Positions 50,646 through 62,612 of a DNA stretch of 64,000 bases are shown here, one piece after another. Position 1 is the stretch's first letter; the number at the start of each line of letters is the position of its first letter. The notes beneath the pieces were generated by a model. It did not search any database. It had not been told where the DNA came from and worked only from the letters and a program-made list of their open reading frames with translations. Both the position numbers and the translations under genes were made by a program. Source of the stretch: the human T2T-CHM13v2.0 reference genome, Homo sapiens; NCBI RefSeq assembly GCF_009914755.1, contig NC_060936.1. One strand, 5' to 3'.

Positions 50646-53600
50646 ATTTAGAACGGTTATAGCTTTTATTGTTTCTTGTCTTTGCAAGAGACTAATACCA
50701 CAGAATGAGGTATTTAAAGCCCACCATAGAACACTAATCTGTACGTTTTCAGAAATAACTCATTAGAAAGTTGCCATTGGTCAATAACGTTTGTGGAGCT
50801 CACTAAAGGAAGGAGAATTATAACGGAACAATGTGAACCATCCACTTTATCATGATGGGATACTTATATCTAAGTAGAGTATATCAGAGTTAATCCTTTC
50901 ATCTGTTCACTTGAGTAGAAAACAGTATTTTCCAAAATATTTCTTAGCATTTATTTTCAAGTGGTTATCCCTAACCAATATATTATTTGCAGGAGGTAAA
51001 CAACTTATAAAATAGAATAAAAAGGAAAAACTTATGAAATACTATAGATGAGACCATTTATATGGATATGTGAAAATTAATTGAATCCTGCTTGCCAATT
51101 GCAGTGCTAAAGTCAGTCAAAGCATCATGATCCATCTGTCATCATCCACATCGATTAATACCATGTTTCAGGTATTGTATATAAAGCAATTACCGTGCAA
51201 TTAGCTGTGTTCTCTTTCATTTAGTAGGTACCCTCCTGAGTTAAAGCAACTTTGTTCCTAACATTACTGTCAAGGATCCATTAAAGTTTCTGATTAAAAA
51301 ATACCTCCAGGTTGAAACATGGTAGTTAAGCTTTCAGCTTGAGATGATTTTCTTTCTTTGATTCTTTTAAACCTCAGCAATACAAATTATCTGGCTTTAA
51401 AATTATGTATATGAGTTCAAACACCTTTCAAAAGTCATTAATAAGCTCCAAAATGAAAATAGCTTATTTCTCAGCATAAAATTGGCAAACATACTGGACA
51501 ATTTTGTACAGAGTCTTAACTCTTAATGCAGCAACAAGCAAGTTTTGTCCTAACATGAGTGCATAAGTCTTAAAAATCTCGAGTTTAAAGATAAGGACAA
51601 ATGCTAAGTTCCCTCATTTTCCTCTGAAATACCTTTTCTTCACCTTTCCAACCAACAACAGTGGCAAGCTTAATCCCTGGCCTTGCATTAAAACCCCTGA
51701 CATCAGACAGAGATGACTACATGCAGAGAGCAAGTTTAGGGACACAGCGCCTCATAGCTAATGGTGGGAGTATGTATGTGTGGGAGGGGATACATTGCAA
51801 GTAGGATTATAACTTTTCTCTCTAATCCTCTCCTGTATCCTCTCTTATTAAGTATTCAGCTCTTTTTTTGATGAAGGACTCTTTTACTCCTTTCTTAGGG
51901 GTGAATAAAAGCTTATTTCTTAAGACTCTTCTCATATCTAGAATTCTTTGAAGCTAAAGTGTAGCCTAACCCAAACCAATGCCAACTTTTAGTGTCATGT
52001 AAGATACAATTGTTTTTAAATTTTACAAATTTGAATCATGAATTTAAGAAAGATTAAAAAGCATTATTTTATATTTTAAGTAAAGTGTTTCTTAATTTGT
52101 TTTTACTTCAGTGATCAACTGTTACTTGATTCAGAGGCAATCCTGTGCTTACGATGCTTTTTCCAAATGTGTTCACTCACATTTTTAATATTTTCCAAGT
52201 ATCTGTGTCACTAAGAGCTTATAGGATCCCCAGATTTAAACATTGTAGGCTTTATGTTTATGGTTTTCAGAGAAAAATAAACAATAAATATAGTCCTAGT
52301 GGCATGCCAATATTTTAAAATGTATTTTCTATAGCTATTAAAGTGACCTACTGCATTGGTAAAAATCTTTAAATTATATACATATATTTATATTCCAAAA
52401 TTTATTTTCAGTGTATTCCTAAATTATTCTCCATAACTTATATCTTTTATTTAATTCACGCTATATTTTATGAGCTCAGTTCAGCTCTACATATTTTTGA
52501 GAACTTTGTATATGTCAGATACTCTTTTGAAGGTGTGATGATCAATAAGGATTTTAATTCCAAGTGGGGAGACCAATGTTTAGTATCTTAAACACTTTCT
52601 TAAAAACATAAAAGTGAGTACACCAATATGTTAAGCAGCCAAGCTAACAAAATGAATCATGTCAAAAGTCTTTATTCTTCATTTGAAAATTTAAAAGGAA
52701 TATTCATAATCAATAAAATTTCAATTTACTCAGGATGGCTCTCACCTGTATCACTTGAAAAATAGAAGAAATTTGAAGAAACATATTGTTATGGAAATAT
52801 TTTTACAAACTTCATAAAATAAGCAGTTACATTCTTTGCTTATCTTTTTAAAATTTTAGCTTTAAAGTGAAAACTTAGGCTATTGATTTTACACATCATT
52901 TTTTGGCATAAACATTTAAAGCTATAAATTTATTTTTAATCAATTTTAATGCATTTCTTTTTAATGAAGCAATAGCTGCATTCTACAAATTTTGATATGT
53001 AGTGCTTTTATTGTCATTCAGGCAAAAGTATTTTTTAATTTTACTTGTGACTTCTTCCTTGACCCTTGGATTACCTATCAGTTTGTTCTTAAATTTCCAA
53101 ATGTTTAGGGTTTCTGTTTTTTTAGATACTTTATATTTTATATCACTGTGATCAGAAAACATTCTCTATATAATTTTAATTCTTTTAAACGTATTGAGAA
53201 CTTTTTTAATGAACCTGCATATGGTCTGTATTGGTGAGAATTTTCATGTGCTCTTGAAAATAATGTTTATTTTGCAATGGTTGCTTTCAGTAGTCTATAA
53301 ATATCAGCTAGATCAATGATCAACAGAGTTAATAGTGTTGTACAGATATTTTACATTTTTTGCCGATTTGTAGTTGCTATATCAATTGCTGAGAGAAGTT
53401 CTAAAATCTTCAGCTACCACTGTGGAATAACCTTTTTCCCCCTTTAATCCTATCATGTTTTGCTTTATGTATTTAGAAGCTCTGTTTTTGGTTATATATT
53501 TATTTGTGTGTCCTTCTAATGAATTTATTCTTTAATCATTATGAAATGTTCTTATTTCTCATAATATCTCTTTATCTTGAAGTCTACTTTATCTGATAAT

Positions 53601-53927
53601 GATATAGCCACTTATGAACTTTTTAAAATTCATTTGTTTTAATCTATCTGTATATTTATATATTTAGATTGTTTCTTTTACAGGTAACATTAATTTCATC
53701 TTGCTTTACAAATTCTCACAATTCTGTCTTTAATTAGAGTATTTGCTCTACTGGAATAATATAATTCATATAGTTAAATTTAAGGACATTATTGTATTTT
53801 GTTTTCTCCTTAATTCTGTAATTATCTTTTTTTCTTTTGAACTAATTGAAAAGAAATTTCATTTTGATTTATCCGTTGGCTTTTCAGATAGTCCACTTTA
53901 AATTATTCTTTAATAGTTGTTCTAAGG

Positions 53928-54108
53928 TGAACATCTTCAAAATGTGGTGCCCAAAGCAGCACCATCAGCATCACCTGGAATGTTTGAAGAGATGCAGATT
54001 CTTTGGTCCCATTTGAGACACACGGAATCACAGTTAGGAGGAAGGTAATCTTTGTGTTCATAAGCTTTCCAGATTATTCCTATGTATGCTAAAGTTTGAA
54101 GCCACTAA
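53928..54108. mobile_element. MER5A hAT-Charlie MITE
   Basis: CATCAGCATCACCTGG...ATGCAGATTCT...AAAGTTTGAAGCCACT. Confidence 0.7.
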
Positions 54109-54310
54109 TCTAGGGATTATAGTATACATCTTTACCTTTCCATAATTTGCTTACAGTTAATAATGTACAATGTCACCAAAAAAATAAGACCTTTGTAAAT
54201 TTATAGGTTCACTTATTTCTTTCTACTCATGGTCTTTATGACTTAGATTTCATATGTAAAAATACTTTATGAATCTCAAAATACTGTAGTAAAATTTGTC
54301 TATAAAGTGA

Positions 54311-55826
54311 CGGTCTCCCTCTGATGCCGAGCCAAGGCTGGACTGTACTGCCACCATCTCGGCTCACTGCAACCTCCCTGCCTGATTCTCCTGCCTCAGC
54401 CTGCCGAGTGCCTGGGATTGCAGGCGCGCGCCACCACGCCTGACTGGTTTTCGTATTTTTTGGTGGAGACGGGGTTTCGCCGTGTTGGCCGGGCTGGTCT
54501 CCAGCTCCTGACCGCGAGGGATCTGCCAGCCTCGGCCTCCTGAGGTGGCGGGATTGCAGACGGAGTCTCCCTCACTCAGTGCTCAATGTTGACCAGGCTG
54601 GAGTGCAGTGGCATGATCTCGGCTCGCTACAACCTCCACCTCCCAGCCGCATGCCTTGGCCTCCCAAGGTGCCGAGATTGCAGCCTCTGCCCGGCGGTCA
54701 TCCCCTCTAGGAAGTGAGGAGCGTCTCTGCCCGGCCACCCATCGTCAGGGATGTGGGGAGTGCCTCTGCCCCCCGCCCCGTCTGAGATGTGAAGAGCGTC
54801 TCTGCCCGGCCGCGACCCCGTCTGGGAACTGAGGAGTGTCTCTGCCCCGCCGCCACCCCGCCTGGGAGGTGAGGAGCGTCTCTGACCTGCCGCCCCATCT
54901 GAGAAGTGAGGAGTCCCTCCGCCCAGCAGCCGCCCCTTCTGGGAAGTGAGGAGCGTCTCCGCCTGGCAGCCGCGCCAGTCTGGGAGGTGGGGTTCAGCCC
55001 CCGCCCGGCCAGCCGCCCCGGGAGGTAGGGGGCAGGCCCCGCCCGGCCGCCGCCCCGTCTGGGAGGTGGGGGGCGCCTCTGCCCTGCTGCCCCGTCTTGG
55101 AAGTGAGGAGCCCCTCTGCCCGGCCGCCACCCCGTCTGGGAGGTGTACCCAACAGCTCATTGAGAACGGGCCATGATGACGATGGCGGTTTTGTCGAATA
55201 GAAAAGGGGGAAATGTGGGGAAAAGAAAGAGAGATCAGTGTGTCTGTGTGGAAGGAAGTAGACATAGGAGACTCCATTTTGTTCTGTACTAAGAAAAATT
55301 CTTCTGCCTTGGGATGCTGTTAATCTATAACCTTACCCCCAACCCCCTGCTCTCTGAAACATGTGCTGTGTCCACTAAGGGTTAAATGGATTAAGGGCGG
55401 TGCAAGATGTGCTTTGTTAAACAGATGCTTGAAGGCAGCATACTCCTTAAGAGTCATCACCACTCCGTAATCTTAAGTACCCAGGGACGCAAACACTGCG
55501 GAAGGCGGCAGGGCCCTCTGCCTAGGAAAACCAGAGACCTTTGTTCATATGTTTATCTGCTGACCTTCCCTCCACTATTGTCCTATGACCCTGCCAAATC
55601 CCCCTCTCCGAGAAACACCCAAGAATGATCAATAAATACTAAAAAAATTTAAAAAAAAAAAGAAAAAAGTGGAGAAGTGCATTTTGTCCCTAGTGAAAGG
55701 AGAGGACTGTGAGCCTTGGTGTTACAGTATCAGAAATGAAATTATTCCCAGGGTTGAAGAACCTTACCTAGGACGAGACCAAAGCAAAAAAAATTAAACT
55801 AGATTGAGACTGAAAAAAAAAAAAAA
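54311..55826 (+). mobile_element. SVA (B/C-like) lacking the 5' hexamer array, with 3' transduction
   Basis: Alu-like domain, GC-rich VNTR (~54680-55145), SINE-R ending AATAAA (55631), poly-A, ~145 bp extra sequence with ATTAAA, second poly-A; flanks AAAGTGA / AAAGTCA. Confidence 0.93.
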
Positions 55827-56934
55827 GTCATACAAATTTTCACAAAAATAAGATAAATTGTCTTTAGAATTTTCACTCCTATTCTTCCCTGAATCTTCTA
55901 GTTACTGAATAGTATTATTTCTCTTCATTCTGATAATATCTTTTGTATTTTTCTTATTTATATTGTGCAGTATTGCTGGTAACACATTATATTAGTTTTC
56001 TTTTTCACATGGAAGTATTTATTTATCTTTAATTATTGAAGAATATTTTAACAAGTATGAAATTTTGTGTGATACTTTTTATTCCTTAACACTTAAAGTA
56101 TTGTTTCACTTTTTTCTAGCTGCTATTGTTTCTGAAGAAATGTCAGCAGTTATTGGAACCATTGTTCTTTGTATGTAAGTGCTTTTTTCTCTGGCTATCT
56201 TCAGATTTTAACCTTGCCTTTTAGCAGTTTGATTAGTTGATTTTTATTTTTGGTTTATGCATTGCGGGCTTCACTGAACCTCTTGGATCTATAAGTGGGT
56301 ATTTATCATCTAATTTTGACAGATATTGAAATGTATTTTTGTCTGAAATTTTCAGCTATATTTGGGAGACTTTATATATAATATATAATTTCAGAGATTG
56401 TATACATTACATCATAATAGAACAGAAGAGAATATATGTTTGTGGTAGTATGTGTATATAAATGTGTGTGTGTATATATATACAATTGTCTCCTTTCCTT
56501 CTGTGATTTCAGTTTTATATAGATTAATCCCCTTGATATTGTCCCATAAATTCCTGAGACTCTGTTTATCAGATTGTATTATTGGATTGGATTATTTCAA
56601 TTGATCTGGATCTTCTCAAAACGTTTCCACATTGATTGCCTTTTTTTCTTAGTTATGGATTATGGATGACATTTTCATATATATGAGTGTGTGTTTTTAT
56701 GGGGACATGGGCATATCAAGTAATTTCGAATTGCATTTAGAACACTGTGAATGAAACATCAGGTTGCTCACACAGGGTCACTCTCTGCATTCAAGTATCA
56801 ACTGTCCTCCAACTATCTTTGTGTTGTTGATCACTCTCCAATGCCTTCAGCATATTTTGCATATTTTGTCCACGATATAGTTGTTACCTGTGAAAAGATC
56901 AATTTGACAGAAGCAAGTTGGTCATTATTGGATG

Positions 56935-57600
56935 TGGAATTTCCATCCTTTAATTGTGTGCCCACTATTTTCTGGAAACTTTATTACTTTTTGGCATAAG
57001 ATATTCTACGCTTATCTTGTCTCTTCCCTGTCCCAGACTTATAATTACTCATATTTTTTAAGGTACGCTAGTATCTTTTGGTGGAGAATTGTAACCTTGT
57101 TAGCAACCTCGTTCTGGACAGTAGACGTACTCAATGCAAGGAGATTGTTGTTGTTTTTAGGTTCTGTCAGTGGCCAAAGATATTCATATACTTATTGTCT
57201 ATCGATCTTTTGAAAACTATGTATTTACAGTGATATATCTGATTCTAATCCAACATCACAGGTTTCGTTATAGTTTTCTTGCCTTTTATACTTGTAATTC
57301 AGTCTTCCAATGATGAGAAACCTGGCTCCCATTATTTTCAATATGTTCAATTACCTGATAAATTCCTCTGTATGTAACCAATTTCCCATTTGAAGAAACC
57401 CCCTCCCTCCCATCCCACAGACCTTTTTGTCACTGTGTTCAAGTTTACACATGCTGTGCTATGCACTGCCAGTTGCCTCCCTGATTGCCCACCAACCCTC
57501 CTCCAACTCAGGCTTCTATTTTATGGCTAGTATGCTGCAACTGCTAATCCCATCTACAAATGTGGAAAACCTCCTTGCCATGCTTATGCTCTGAGGCTTT
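56935..57600 (-). mobile_element. Old L1 3' UTR (L1MC4-like)
   Basis: CTTATCTTGTCTCTTCCCTGTCCCAG, TGAGAAACCTGGCTCCCATTAT. Confidence 0.6.
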
Positions 57601-59163
57601 GCACAGGCACCTATATACTCCCTCTCTCCTCTCTATTCAGGAGAGAGCTTAAATATCCATCACAATAGAGGGAAAATTCTTTGCTACATGTAACCCCTGT
57701 GTTTTAGGATTATATTTTGCCTAATTAAGATTGTTTTAAAAATGGATTTAGCATTCTATTACTTTGCTGCTTATAATATAAAGAGTTTTGAAAATAGTCC
57801 AAAAACAAAAGACTGGTTAAGCAAATTATGACATATTTTTAGGATATATCCATTTAAATTATTTTTACACTGAAACTCTTTCTGCTGGATGGTTTTATTA
57901 GAATCAAAACGGCTATGTAATATTGTTGAGTTTGTGAACATTTTTCTTAAATACATACATAATTATCTCTGGAATTAAAATAAATGTATGTTTTTGTTTT
58001 GCTTTAAGTTTTTCATAATATATAGCCATATATTTCTCATTTACTTTAAAAACTTTATTTTAAAACTTTTTAAGGAAAAAAAGTGGGGTAAGGTTTTCTA
58101 GGCCTGTGAAATTTATGTTTCTTAAAAATGAAATGAATGAGAATTGATGGGCCACAGAAAAAATACAGATTGTTTGAGTACAGCCCAACAAGTTTCCTAG
58201 ATTTTTTCAGTTGCATGACTTGTTGGAAATTGTTTTTTTCTTCATGCTCTGCTCTGTTTCTAAGGTATCCCCCTACATTAACTTTCTTTTCACTCTCTTT
58301 TTTTTAACTCTGTCTTTTATATGTTAGCTGTAGACCATAGCTTCTGCTTTCAAATAATTTTCTGCTTATTCCTTTCTAATTGTCTCTTCTTTTCTGGACC
58401 TAAGCTCTTAAATATTTTTCCACTGAGGTATTTTGTCTGAATATTATCAGATACCTTTGTATCCCCGATTCCTTTGGCAAAAAATAAACATCATTTATTT
58501 TGTAAGTACATGGAGATCAATAGAGAGTGCAGATAACTTTTGATTCTAGGAAGTTAACTTGAAAAACAGGTTGAACTGACATAGTGTTTAAGATGTTCAA
58601 GAATATACATTGCCACTTCTACAGGAATTGCCAGTGCCAAGGTAGAATTCATAGGAAAACATATGTCTGTGTCTGTGTTTCTGTCTGGCATAGATTTTTT
58701 TTATGTACAACACCTGAAAACAAAAACAACTTTAAATTTCCCCTCTGTTTCTCAACCAATCTGAAGAAAATCAATTTCCCAACAGAATGGCTTGTAGTGT
58801 TTATAAAACCTTAATGAGAACTTGCAGCTATTTCATAGTTTGTAGCAAGTTTTCTGTAAATTGGAATGGTGAAGTTCAGCATATTTATTTGCTGAAAGCT
58901 GAAAGACAAAAACCTGTGTGAGAGTGGCCTGTAAGAAGATGTGTGCATACACATTCCCCCAAAGAGGGTAGAGAGGCTTACTGTAGGTATCCTTTCTGTC
59001 TACCATCAGTAAGAAAACACTAGCAACATAGACAAAGAGGTTGATGACACCAGGAAAGTCTACATCTAAGTTAGGCAGATTTTTGCTTGTGTCACCTGTT
59101 TAATAAGCAGCGACAGACTTTGAAAATAAATATACAATTATTAATATTAAAAGAAAACAATTT

Positions 59164-59307
59164 GTTAGTCCAGTCTATCATCGATGGACATTTGGGTTGG
59201 TTGCAAGTCTTTGCTATTGTGAATAGTGCCGCAATAAAAATAAGTGTGCATGTGTCTTTATAGCTGTGCACATGTACCCTAGAACTTAAAGTATAATTTT
59301 AAAAAAG
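59164..59307 (+). mobile_element. ~145-bp L1PA insertion with 5' inversion
   Basis: Antisense L1 59164-59264 joined to the sense terminal TGTGCACATGTACCCTAGAACTTAAAGTATAAT; TSD AAAAGAAAACAATTT at 59149-59163 / 59308-59322. Confidence 0.9.
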
Positions 59308-59320
59308 AAAAGAAAACAAT

Positions 59321-59387
59321 TTCTAGCCTCCAGAACTGTGAAAAATAAATTTCTGTTGTTTAAGCCATCAAAAAAGAGAAAAAAAAA
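59321..59387 (+). mobile_element. MLT1 LTR fragment ending in poly-A
   Basis: CTAGCCTCCAGAACTGTGAAAAATAAATTTCTGTTGTTTAAGCCATC followed by an A-rich tail. Confidence 0.7.
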
Positions 59388-59699
59388 CATGTTGAGAATA
59401 TATTTGTTTGCATTAAGAAAGGTTTTCTACTTATTAAAAAAATTAAATAGATATTTTCCTAAGTAATGTGGGTATTTGTTTAAGATGACTGATTGGGTAA
59501 CCACATGTCCCAGTTTTCTGGCATATTTTGAGATTATCCCTTTTGTCTTGGCATAAATATTTATATTGCCACTGTTTGAACGAATTGTATATTACCCTTA
59601 TGATTGTCTCTGGGTAAGGGGAGTCACCAAATGAAAGTTTTAAATGCAAATACACGGATCACTGACAACAAAGATCTATCTTAAATGAGAATAAGTGAT

Positions 59700-62612
59700 A
59701 TTGATACCTAAGGCAGAGACATTACAAGAAAAGAAAACTACAGGCCAATTTCTCTGATGAATATTGATGCACATATCCTCAATAAGTTATTAGCAAACAG
59801 AATCCAACAACATATGAAAAAGATGATACATCATGACCAAGTGGGATTTACTCCTGGCATACAAGAGTGGTTTAGCATGCACAAATGAGTCAATAAAATA
59901 CATCACGTTACCAGAATTAAATATAAAAACCACACGATCACCTAAATTAACGTGGAAAAAGAATTGGACAAAATCCAATATCCATACTTGATAAAAACTT
60001 TCAACAGTTTAAGTATAGAATGAAAGTTCCTCAACCTTGCAAAGGCCATTGATGAAAAACCCAGAGCTGACATTTATTATCAGTGAGGAAAAGCTGAAAG
60101 ATTTTCCACTAGGATGCAGTACAAGTTGAGGATGTCTACTCTTGCCACTTCTATTCAAAATACTACTGGAAGTGCTAGCAAGAGCAATCAGACAAGAAAA
60201 AGAAATAAAAGGCATACAAATCAGAAAGGAAGTAAAATTATGTGTATTTGAAGATTCCATAATCTTATATGTAAAAATCCCCAATGATTCCACCAAAAAA
60301 ATTGTTATAACAAATAAATTCAATAAAGTTGCAGTATTCAAAAGCAACACACAAAATTAGTAGCATTTTATACACAAATAATTATATAACTGAAAAAGAA
60401 AATTTTAAAAATTCTATTTTCAATAGCATAAAAAAACTAGGAATAAATTTAACCATAGGCAAAACATCTGTCCACTGAAACTATAAAACATTCATGAAAG
60501 AATTCGAAGATGACATGCATAAATAAAACAATACCTCATGGTTATGTAATAGAAGAATTAAATTGTTAAAATGCCCATACTACCAAAAGTAATACACAGA
60601 TTCCACACAATTTCTATCAAAATCTTAGAGATATTCTTCAGATAAATAGAAAAAAAATCCTAAAATTTATGCAGAACCATAAAAATGTCCCAAATAGTCA
60701 AAACAATTTTGAGACAGCAAAAACAAAGTTGGAGATATCACTCCCTGATTTAAAACTATATTACAAAACTACAGTGATCAAAACAGTATAGTAATGAAAT
60801 TGAAAATAGACACCTATACCAGCGGAACAGAACAAACAGCCCAGAAATAAATTCAAACATATGTGGTCAATTAATTTTGACAAAGATGTCAAGAGAACAC
60901 AATGGAGAAAGGATAATCTTCAATTAATGGGGCTGAGAAAACTAGATTTCTATGTGAAAAGAATAAAATTGAATACTTACGCCACATACAAATATCAATT
61001 CAAAATAGATTAAAAAAAAAACAACCACATGAATATAAGACTAGAATCTATAAAACTCCTATAAAAGAACATAAAGGAAATGACCCCAGACATTGGCCTT
61101 GGCAAGAACTTTTTAGATTTCACATCAAAAGCTCAGGCCACACAAGCAAAAATATATAAATGGAACTATATCAAACTAAAAAGCTTCTGCACACCAAAGG
61201 AAGCAATCAATGAAAAGAAACAGCAGCCTATGCATTGGAAAAATATTTGCAAATCATATATCTGATAAGGGGTTAATATCCAAAATTTATATTCATACAC
61301 CGAATAGTGAAAAAACAAGCTGATTTAAAAAATGAGCAAAGTACCTGAATAGACAGTTTCCCAAACAAGACATAAAAATGGCCAACAGGTATATGAAAAG
61401 TTGCTCAACATTGTTAATCATCAGGGAAATGCAAATCAAAACCATTATGAAATATCATCTCATACCTGTTAGGATTGTTATAATTAAAAAGTCAAAAAAT
61501 ACCTAATGTTAGTAAGAGTGTGAAGAAAAAGTAACTCTAGTACGGTACAGCTATAATGGGAAACAGTACAGAGGTTTCTAAAGAAATGAAAAATTGGGCT
61601 GGGTGCAGTGGCTCACACCTGTAATCCCAGCACTTTGTGAGGCTGAGGTGGGTGGATCCTTCTGAGGTCAGGAGTTTGAGAGCAGCCTTGTCAATGTGGT
61701 GAAACCCTGTCTCTACTAAAAATATAAAAACTAGCCAAGTGTGGTGGTGTGTGCCTGTAATCCTAGCTACTTGGGAGGCTGAGGCAGGAGAATCACTTGA
61801 ATCTGGGAGGTGGAGGTTTCAGTGAGCCGAGATCACACCACTGCACTCCAGCCTGGGCAACAGAGTGAGACTCTGTCTCAAAAAAAAAAAAAAAAAACTA
61901 GAAAGGTAACTACCATATGACCCTACAGTCCATCTTCTGAGCATATACACAAAGGAAATTGCCATCACCTCATAAAAGTATATGACTCCCATGTTTATTG
62001 GAGCATTACCAACAATAACCAAGACGTGAAAACAACTTGTGTCCATCTATGGATGAATTGATGAAATATGCTACTGGTATACAAATGAATATTATTCAGC
62101 ACTAAAAAGAAATGAAACCTTGCCAGTTGCTACCATGTAGATGGACATAGAGGACAATATGCTAATTAAAATAAGCCAGACAGAGAAAATAAAAATATAT
62201 ATCACATGATCTCACTTATATGTGGAGTCTAGAAAAATAATTTAATTTAAATATGCAAAGATAGAGACGAAAGCAGTGGTTACCAGGGGTGGTAGGAGCA
62301 GGGGGAGGAAATGAAAGATATGAAAGATGTAGGTCAGAGGATACTAAATAGTAGATATGTACAATAACGATTCTAGAAATTTAATGTACGACATGAGGAC
62401 TATAGGTAATCAAATTGTACTGTATACTCACTTAGATTCTTGATAAGCGAGTAGATTTTAGGTGTTCTTGGCACAAAAACAAAATAATGAGTGACTATGT
62501 AAGATGATGGATACATTAATTTTTTTCACTATAGTAGCCTTTTTACTATCTATATGTATTCCACAATATCATATTGTATAATTTAAATATATAAAATAAA
62601 ATTTATTTTAAA
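59700..62612 (+). mobile_element. 5'-truncated L1 (L1MA8-like): ORF2 RT to 3' UTR
   Basis: ORF 60142-60360 [26 protein letters not shown]; 3' end ACATGAGGACTATAG...TTTTACTATCTATATGTAT. Confidence 0.88.
61597..61897 (+). mobile_element. AluSx-like
   Basis: Full dimer with poly-A. Confidence 0.92.

Larger units (their letters stand above)
52850..56900 (-). mobile_element. Old L1 (L1ME-like) 5' half: ORF2 EN, inter-ORF region, ORF1
   Basis: CAAATTTTGATATGTAGTG, GTGCTCTTGAAAATAATG, GAAGTCTACTTTATCTGAT antisense motifs. Confidence 0.7.

Noticed and set aside
54627-55277. Longest ORF (216 aa, minus strand) and the overlapping ORFs
   Set aside because: Antisense read-through of the GC-rich SVA VNTR/SINE-R, where stops are rare; not a gene
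59495-59628. Possible hAT-Blackjack (MER94-like) remnant; also MER5-like at ~63020-63170 and L2-like at ~12750-12900
   Set aside because: Too diverged to support by eye without a profile search
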